Shown: positions 59,236-64,000 of the stretch, piece by piece
Layout: each line of letters starts with the position of its first letter
Position numbering within the stretch: position 1 is the first letter of the stretch
NCBI GenBank assembly: GCA_009693165.1
Contig: SHXX01000001.1
Span: forward strand, 7,248-71,247
Source: Chloroflexota bacterium
Lineage (GTDB): Bacteria > Chloroflexota > UBA11872 > UBA12225
Direction of reading: 5' to 3'
DNA: 64,000 nucleotides
The notes under the pieces: model-generated
The model's input: the letters and a program-made list of their open reading frames with translations, nothing else
Told to the model about the DNA's origin: nothing
Databases searched by the model: none
Position numbers and translations under genes: made by a program

Positions 59236-60456
59236 GTGTTACACTCGATGCAAGGTGCAGGCGTTTCATGCCTCGCTGTTGCGTCCCGCACATGGTATGC
59301 GGGACGGGTGGGACGCCGGAAGACGGTTTCCCCGCACACCGCCGCAAGGCAAGGAGTAGTTGCGCTGTCGTACGAGGACCGGACCATCACATGCGTCGAT
59401 TGCGGGAAGCCATTCATCTTCACCTTGGGTGAGCAAGCATTCTTCGCCGAGAAGGGTTTCGGTGGCGGACCGAAACGATGCCCGCAATGTCGTGCTGCAC
59501 GGCGTGCTGAACGTGAGGGGGGTGCCCCTGCACCCGCCCGCTCGCCCGGCGCGCCTGGCATTGCCCCGGCCGGTGCGCCACCTTCCGGTCCTCGTCCTGT
59601 CGGCCCACGTCCTGGTGGCTTCGGGGGCCCTCGTCCTGGCGGTGTTGGCGGCCCACGACCGGCGGGCGCGGGGGTCGGCGGCGTTCCTACCCCATTCATG
59701 CGCGGCCGTGGAGGCCCACGGGCAATCGTTCCTGTCGATGAGCCTTTCCGTGTGAATGACCGAATTCGCGTGCCTGAAGTCCGGGTCATCCTTGAGGACG
59801 ATGACGGCAACGAGGAAAACCTGGGCGTCATGCCGACGTATCAGGCACGTCGTCTGGCTGAGGAACGCGACCTGGACCTCGTCGAGGTGGCACCCCAGGC
59901 ACAACCTCCCGTCTGCAAGGTCATGGACTACGGCCGGTTCAAGTATTCCTTGGAACGCAAGCAGCGTGAGGCGCATCGTGCCGGGCGCGCGGGGCGTGCT
60001 GCCTCAGAAATGAAGGACGTCCAGCTTTCCCCGCGCATCGATGACCACGACCTGCAAGTCAAGGTTGATCGTGCCTTTGAGTTCCTGAACGATGGTCATC
60101 CGGTCCGGATGGTAGTGCGGTTCCTCGGGCGTGACATGCGGCACCCGGAGAACGGCATGCGCGCCCTGCAGACTGCCCTTGATGCCCTTGGCAAGGAAAT
60201 CGCGATCCGTGTCGACCAGGCCCCACGGATGGAGGGTCGGCAGCTGTTCGCCCTCGTGCGTGTCGACAAGGGTGCTCGTCCCCGTACCGACAAGCCGGCG
60301 GACGAGAAGACCGGTGCTGACGGTGAGACCAACGAGATTGATCCGCCAATGGTTGCCTTGGACACTCCGTCCGAAGCGACAGGGCGGGTGGCGGTTGTCC
60401 CTGAGGTTGCTTCAGAACCCGTTACGGAATCTGCTGAACCCGTCGCAACTGCCTGA
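59236..60456 (+). CDS. infC: Translation initiation factor IF-3 with in-frame N-terminal CxxC...CxxC zinc ribbon and Gly/Pro-rich linker (start codon uncertain)
   Basis: IF-3 N-domain RVNDRIRVPEVRVILEDDDGNEENLGVMPTYQARRLAEERDLDLVEVAPQAQPPVCKVMDYGRFKY and C-domain KDVQLSPRIDDHDLQVKVDRAFEFLNDGHPVRMVVRFLGRDMRHPENG. No stop between the zinc ribbon (59392-59490) and the IF-3 core. Confidence 0.85.
   Translation: MLHSMQGAGVSCLAVASRTWYAGRVGRRKTVSPHTAARQGVVALSYEDRTITCVDCGKPFIFTLGEQAFFAEKGFGGGPKRCPQCRAARRAEREGGAPAPARSPGAPGIAPAGAPPSGPRPVGPRPGGFGGPRPGGVGGPRPAGAGVGGVPTPFMRGRGGPRAIVPVDEPFRVNDRIRVPEVRVILEDDDGNEENLGVMPTYQARRLAEERDLDLVEVAPQAQPPVCKVMDYGRFKYSLERKQREAHRAGRAGRAASEMKDVQLSPRIDDHDLQVKVDRAFEFLNDGHPVRMVVRFLGRDMRHPENGMRALQTALDALGKEIAIRVDQAPRMEGRQLFALVRVDKGARPRTDKPADEKTGADGETNEIDPPMVALDTPSEATGRVAVVPEVASEPVTESAEPVATA
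59351..59356 (+). promoter_or_regulatory. Shine-Dalgarno-like AAGGAG upstream of the zinc-ribbon segment of infC
   Basis: AAGGAG at 59351-59356. The only in-frame near-cognate codon at SD spacing is CTG 59365. In-frame ATGs lie far upstream (59236, 59248). Confidence 0.4.
59710..59714 (+). promoter_or_regulatory. Internal Shine-Dalgarno-like GGAGG 10 nt upstream of in-frame ATC 59725 (possible canonical IF-3 start)
   Basis: GGAGG at 59710-59714. ATC 59725 lies 8 codons before the conserved RVNDRIR motif. This could be coincidental, because the motif falls in Gly codons (GGA GGC). Confidence 0.3.
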
Positions 60457-60483
60457 TTCGCGCGTCAATCCACGAAACGCAGG

Positions 60484-60521
60484 GAGGCTCTCGCCACATT
60501 CAGGCAAGCGCCTCTCGTTTT
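60484..60521 (+). terminator. Candidate rho-independent terminator after infC
   Basis: gaggctctcgcc-acattca-ggcaagcgcctc (12-bp stem, 2 mismatches) followed by tcgttttctg. Confidence 0.45.
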
Positions 60522-60639
60522 CTGCATTCGCGGTGTTGATTCCCAGCGTCACCGGGGCCTCGCAGTCCGCCTGACCCGTCGCTGCCGGCCGGCTGCGATG
60601 TCCGCAATTCTGGAAGTGGTCCGAAGGTGCGCCTGACTT

Positions 60640-61680
60640 TCAGGCAGGTCGCTCGGGTTCGTCCTCTTCCGGGTCAGTCTGGCCACCTTGTGCACGCCGC
60701 CGCAGGAAGTCTTCCAGCTCGCGAACAACTTCGTGCGGATCGACTTCGAGAGGGTGATAATCGGGGTCTGGATCGGGTTCCGGTTCGGTCCGTCGCAGGC
60801 TTTCACCTGGAGCAAGGGGCATCCCTTGGGCGTCGTATTGGACCTCAAGCCTCTCCACGTGCTCGCGAAGTTCGGTGCGCTCGGTCACGGCATGATTGGC
60901 CTGTCCAATCAGCTGGTCACCGGTTTCACGAAGTGGGGCCAAGTTGATCGCCAAGTCGAAGACGGCGCACAGTCGACGCAGGAGTGCGAACGAAAGGTTT
61001 GCGTTCGGTACCGGCAGGTAGTGAGGTCCATTGCTGAACAGGCTGACGCAGGAGATACCCGCGTTTCGCAGCGCTTCAATCGCGGCTGACTGCATGCTTG
61101 AGGGGCCCTGATACGGGGAGAACGGCACGCCGAGGGTCTCCAGCCGGATCCGCAGTCCGGCATCCGTCGCCCACCCGGTGACAAGGGGCGGGCGAGTATG
61201 GGGTACGTCAGCAAAGGCGGACCCGAAGAAGGATGCGTGCCTCACACCGCACGAGTGTGCGAAGGCCGCAAGTTCGCGCGAATAGGTGCGCCATCGCAGG
61301 CGAGGTTCGGGCGCGATGAACAGAAGCAGGCTTCGCGTCGCTGGAGCATCTGCTGCGTCATCCCGGTCCGCCAATGAGGGGGCGGTCGCGCGCCCGCCCA
61401 ATGCCGTCGGAACGTCTCGGACGACCCAGAACTCGCCATGGGGCCAATCCAGGGCGCGATCCCGTGCCCTGACCGTCCTCGATACCGGGCGCAGTTCGAC
61501 GAAGTCGTAGAACTCATCGCCGTCCCAAGTCGCGAGTCGCTTGGCCCCGAGTGCCTCAATCAGGAACCGCACGGCACCAGACGCACCCACGGACGCGTCA
61601 GCCCATCCAGTGAACGCACCGATCATCACTGGTGAATGTAGTTCGAGTTCGTCAAGGCTCAGGTGGAGTTCCAGGTTCAT
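60640..61680 (-). CDS. PAC2 (proteasome assembly chaperone 2-like) family protein
   Basis: MNLELHLSLDELELHSPVMIGAFTGWADASVGASGAVRFL... matches the N-terminal pattern of the bacterial PAC2 family. Start set at ATG 61680 (ORF open to 61992). Confidence 0.7.
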   Translation of the reverse strand: MNLELHLSLDELELHSPVMIGAFTGWADASVGASGAVRFLIEALGAKRLATWDGDEFYDFVELRPVSRTVRARDRALDWPHGEFWVVRDVPTALGGRATAPSLADRDDAADAPATRSLLLFIAPEPRLRWRTYSRELAAFAHSCGVRHASFFGSAFADVPHTRPPLVTGWATDAGLRIRLETLGVPFSPYQGPSSMQSAAIEALRNAGISCVSLFSNGPHYLPVPNANLSFALLRRLCAVFDLAINLAPLRETGDQLIGQANHAVTERTELREHVERLEVQYDAQGMPLAPGESLRRTEPEPDPDPDYHPLEVDPHEVVRELEDFLRRRAQGGQTDPEEDEPERPA

Positions 61681-61849
61681 GTAGGGTCCCGGTTCACGGC
61701 GCCAATTGAGGAGGTCACGCACCGGACCGGGGGTGACAATCACCGCCCATGCACCGGATGGCGACTTGGTAACGTGCCTAGATGGTACCGCCCCATGTCG
61801 TTGCTCCAGTGATTGGTTTCCTGAACTCACGGGAATCCCGTTCAGGCGA

Positions 61850-62872
61850 CTAGCTTTCCAGGTGCCCGGTGCCACGCAGGAGGCTTTCCTGAACCACGAC
61901 TTCATGCGCAAGCGGTCGGTCGGCCTCTTGCTCACCACGAAGGACGGGTACGAGGCCCTCGACCTCAAGTTCGTAAAGGCGCTGGCGGCCAAGTCCGGCC
62001 AACGGAACCTGCTGGATACCTGCCGGGTAGGAGCCCCATGCCCGGGTCAGGACCAAACGGAGCGAATCGGCCGGTTCAAAGGGTTCCATGATCGCCGAAC
62101 CATGGGTGCCGTACACCTCGAACCGGCGCGCCGTCGGCGACGGCTCCATTGCCGCAATGTCAATGGTGGCGAACGCCTTTCCAAACTCGAACACTCCCAA
62201 TGTGTTGTCTGAGAACGCGGGCACTTCCGGTGTCGTGTCATTCCTGAGAAAACTGGTGACGCGGGTCGGCCGTTCATCGCGCATGACCCACAGGAGTTGG
62301 TCGAGCATATGCCCGCCGAGGTCGAAAAGCATCCCTCCAACATGTGACGAGATTGCCGCACGGGTGTTGTTCGACGGCCAGGCGGTAACCGGGATGTTGG
62401 TGCTCATGTGTGCGCGGACGCTGAAGATGTCGCCAAGCGCGCCTTCGCGAGCGAGGTGGGAGATGAGGTTGAAGCCATCGTGATACCGGTACATGTAGCC
62501 CATTTGCAGGAGGAGCTCATGGGCCTCCGCCTGTTCGGCAATCCACTTGAACCCGGCCCAGTCATCGCCCGCCGGCTTGTCCCACCATACGTGCTTCCGC
62601 GCGGACACGCAGTGACGGGCCATCTCAAGGCTTTCAGTATTGCGGCCCTCGACGGCGACGGCCGGGATGGACGCATCTCCGAGAAATTCGTCCGGATGCG
62701 AGTACCAGTGGATGTCCGAATAGGCCGGGTCCACCGTAGCCCTCGCCCGAACCTCATCGTTTGCCTCGAACACCCCGACAAGTTCGGTTGCTGGATTGGC
62801 CCGAATCGCAAGTGCCTTGCCCGATGCATGCCCGTGCTGGACGCCCCACTGCGCAAACCTGATCCGCGACAT
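61850..62872 (-). CDS. Gfo/Idh/MocA family oxidoreductase
   Basis: N-terminal Rossmann region IRFAQWGVQHGHASGKA..., EKP-like W-D-K-P segment (HVWWDKPAG), and length typical of the family. Start set at ATG 62872. Confidence 0.75.
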   Translation of the reverse strand: MSRIRFAQWGVQHGHASGKALAIRANPATELVGVFEANDEVRARATVDPAYSDIHWYSHPDEFLGDASIPAVAVEGRNTESLEMARHCVSARKHVWWDKPAGDDWAGFKWIAEQAEAHELLLQMGYMYRYHDGFNLISHLAREGALGDIFSVRAHMSTNIPVTAWPSNNTRAAISSHVGGMLFDLGGHMLDQLLWVMRDERPTRVTSFLRNDTTPEVPAFSDNTLGVFEFGKAFATIDIAAMEPSPTARRFEVYGTHGSAIMEPFEPADSLRLVLTRAWGSYPAGIQQVPLAGLGRQRLYELEVEGLVPVLRGEQEADRPLAHEVVVQESLLRGTGHLES

Positions 62873-63171
62873 TGGTGTGTCTCCCCCTCGCATCCGCGAT
62901 GCGCACGCATTTCGACGTCTCGCAACACGATGTTGGATGATAGGGAACGACGTGGGTCCGCGTAATCGGGCATCACTAACGAATCCCATGTAAATCAGGC
63001 GGGGCGACGGCGGGGTGAGGCGGTCGGATACCATGGCCGCCATCGTGGTCGCGGCCTAGCCTCCAACATGGCAACCCGGGGACCGACGAACTGATCTTGG
63101 CCATCTGGTGACAGAAATCCCCCTGGACGAAGTGGGGATCGGTGCAATTCCTTCGTCTGGGAGTAGGAACA

Positions 63172-64000
63172 ATGGCGGCATCCTCCGCGTCTGGCGGGTG
63201 GCTAGCGGTCACCGGGGCCCGCATCCTCACAATGGCCGGCGATGACATTCCGGATGGGGTCTTGCTGATCCGTGATGGATTGGTGGTCGAGGTCGGATCT
63301 CACGTGACTATCCCCAGCGGCGCCGTGATTGTTGACGCCCGAGGCCAGACGATCACGCCTGGCTTCATCGACGCACACACGCACCTTGGCATTCACGAGG
63401 AGGCCATCGGGCGCGAGGGCGACGACACGAACGACATGACTGATCCACTCACGCCGCACTTGAGGGCGCTTGATGGGATCAATCCCGAAGAATCCGGCCT
63501 GCGGAGGGCCGCTTCCCATGGCGTGTCATCGGCAGTCGTCCTGCCTGGGAGCGGGAACGTGATCGGCGGCCTCGGGACGCTGGTAAAGACGTGGGGCGAC
63601 TGTGTGGACACCATGGTCGTTCGCGACCCGTGCGGCCTGAAGATTGCGTTCGGTGAGAACCCCAAGCGAGTATATGGTGACCAGCGGAAGATGCCATCGA
63701 CCCGCATGGGCACCGCCGCGCTGCTTCGCGACGCGTTTGTCAAGGCGCAGGAATATGCCCGCAAACTCGATGCCGGTGCGGAGGATCCCTCGAAGACTCC
63801 CGATCGTGATTTGCGCCAGGAATCCCTGGTCCGTGTCCTGCGCCACGAATTCCCGTTGCTGGCACACAGCCACCGTGCCGATGACATGCACACCGCGATG
63901 CGTATCGCCACCGAATTCGGGGTTGGCATCGTGCTGCAACATGCGAGCGAGGCGCACCTCATGGCCGATCTGCTTGCGTCGCGCAACATCCCGTGCGTTG
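63172..64000 (+). CDS. Metal-dependent amidohydrolase (partial, runs off the window end)
   Basis: My own translation from ATG 63172 has no stop to 64000: MAASSASGGWLAVTGARILTMAGDDIPDGVLLIRDGLVVEVG...ITPGFIDAHTHLGIHEE (HxH metal motif). It is absent from the ORF track because no stop lies within the window. Confidence 0.75.
   Translation, partial: MAASSASGGWLAVTGARILTMAGDDIPDGVLLIRDGLVVEVGSHVTIPSGAVIVDARGQTITPGFIDAHTHLGIHEEAIGREGDDTNDMTDPLTPHLRALDGINPEESGLRRAASHGVSSAVVLPGSGNVIGGLGTLVKTWGDCVDTMVVRDPCGLKIAFGENPKRVYGDQRKMPSTRMGTAALLRDAFVKAQEYARKLDAGAEDPSKTPDRDLRQESLVRVLRHEFPLLAHSHRADDMHTAMRIATEFGVGIVLQHASEAHLMADLLASRNIPCV

Overview
64-kb window of a high-GC bacterial chromosome (roughly 60-65% GC by eye, not computed). 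About 50 CDS and 2 tRNAs. I saw no rRNA, CRISPR array, transposase or integrase. The content is mostly housekeeping. The gene set (ftsB-like/tilS/hpt/ftsH block, PAC2, OpgC, a Thr/Pro-rich secreted S8 protease) fits Chloroflexota (Thermomicrobia-like) or Actinomycetota; I cannot decide which without a database search.

Landmarks, left to right:
- Envelope glycosylation genes (GT1, MBL-fold hydrolase, GT2).
- An orphan NurA-like nuclease next to an ATGA-coupled pair of unknowns.
- M16 peptidase, tRNA-Val(GAC), tRNA-Gly(CCC), S8 protease, TolB-like propeller.
- ftsB-like, tilS, hpt, ftsH.
- HxlR regulator divergent from a frameshifted yceI.
- MFS transporter, tldD, pmbA.
- yfbR-like, pyrD, rfbB.
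- A 519-aa orphan, then a SelA-like PLP enzyme, Eis-like GNAT, udk, purB.
- A low-GC islet carrying a TAG-interrupted yciI-family gene.
- Redox genes, an acyl-ACP desaturase and a YyaL-like protein.
- An XRE-HTH plus unknown pair, ATGA-coupled.
- yjbQ, then a minus-strand cobalamin operon: cobO, cobN, chlI/chlD-fusion, cobT, metallophosphoesterase, cobQ.
- Secreted esterases and OpgC.
- infC with an unusual in-frame N-terminal zinc ribbon.
- PAC2, a Gfo/Idh/MocA oxidoreductase, and a partial amidohydrolase running off the window end.

I did not find a clear-cut new multi-gene system. The best leads are:
1. The infC fusion with a possible dual start.
2. The metallophosphoesterase inside the cob operon, as a candidate CobC replacement.
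3. The XRE/unknown coupled pair.
4. The HerA-less NurA locus.
5. A 13-aa peptide repeat recoded at 11 of its 13 codons.

All functional calls come from motif recognition by eye. Start codons are often uncertain because high GC produces long upstream open frames.
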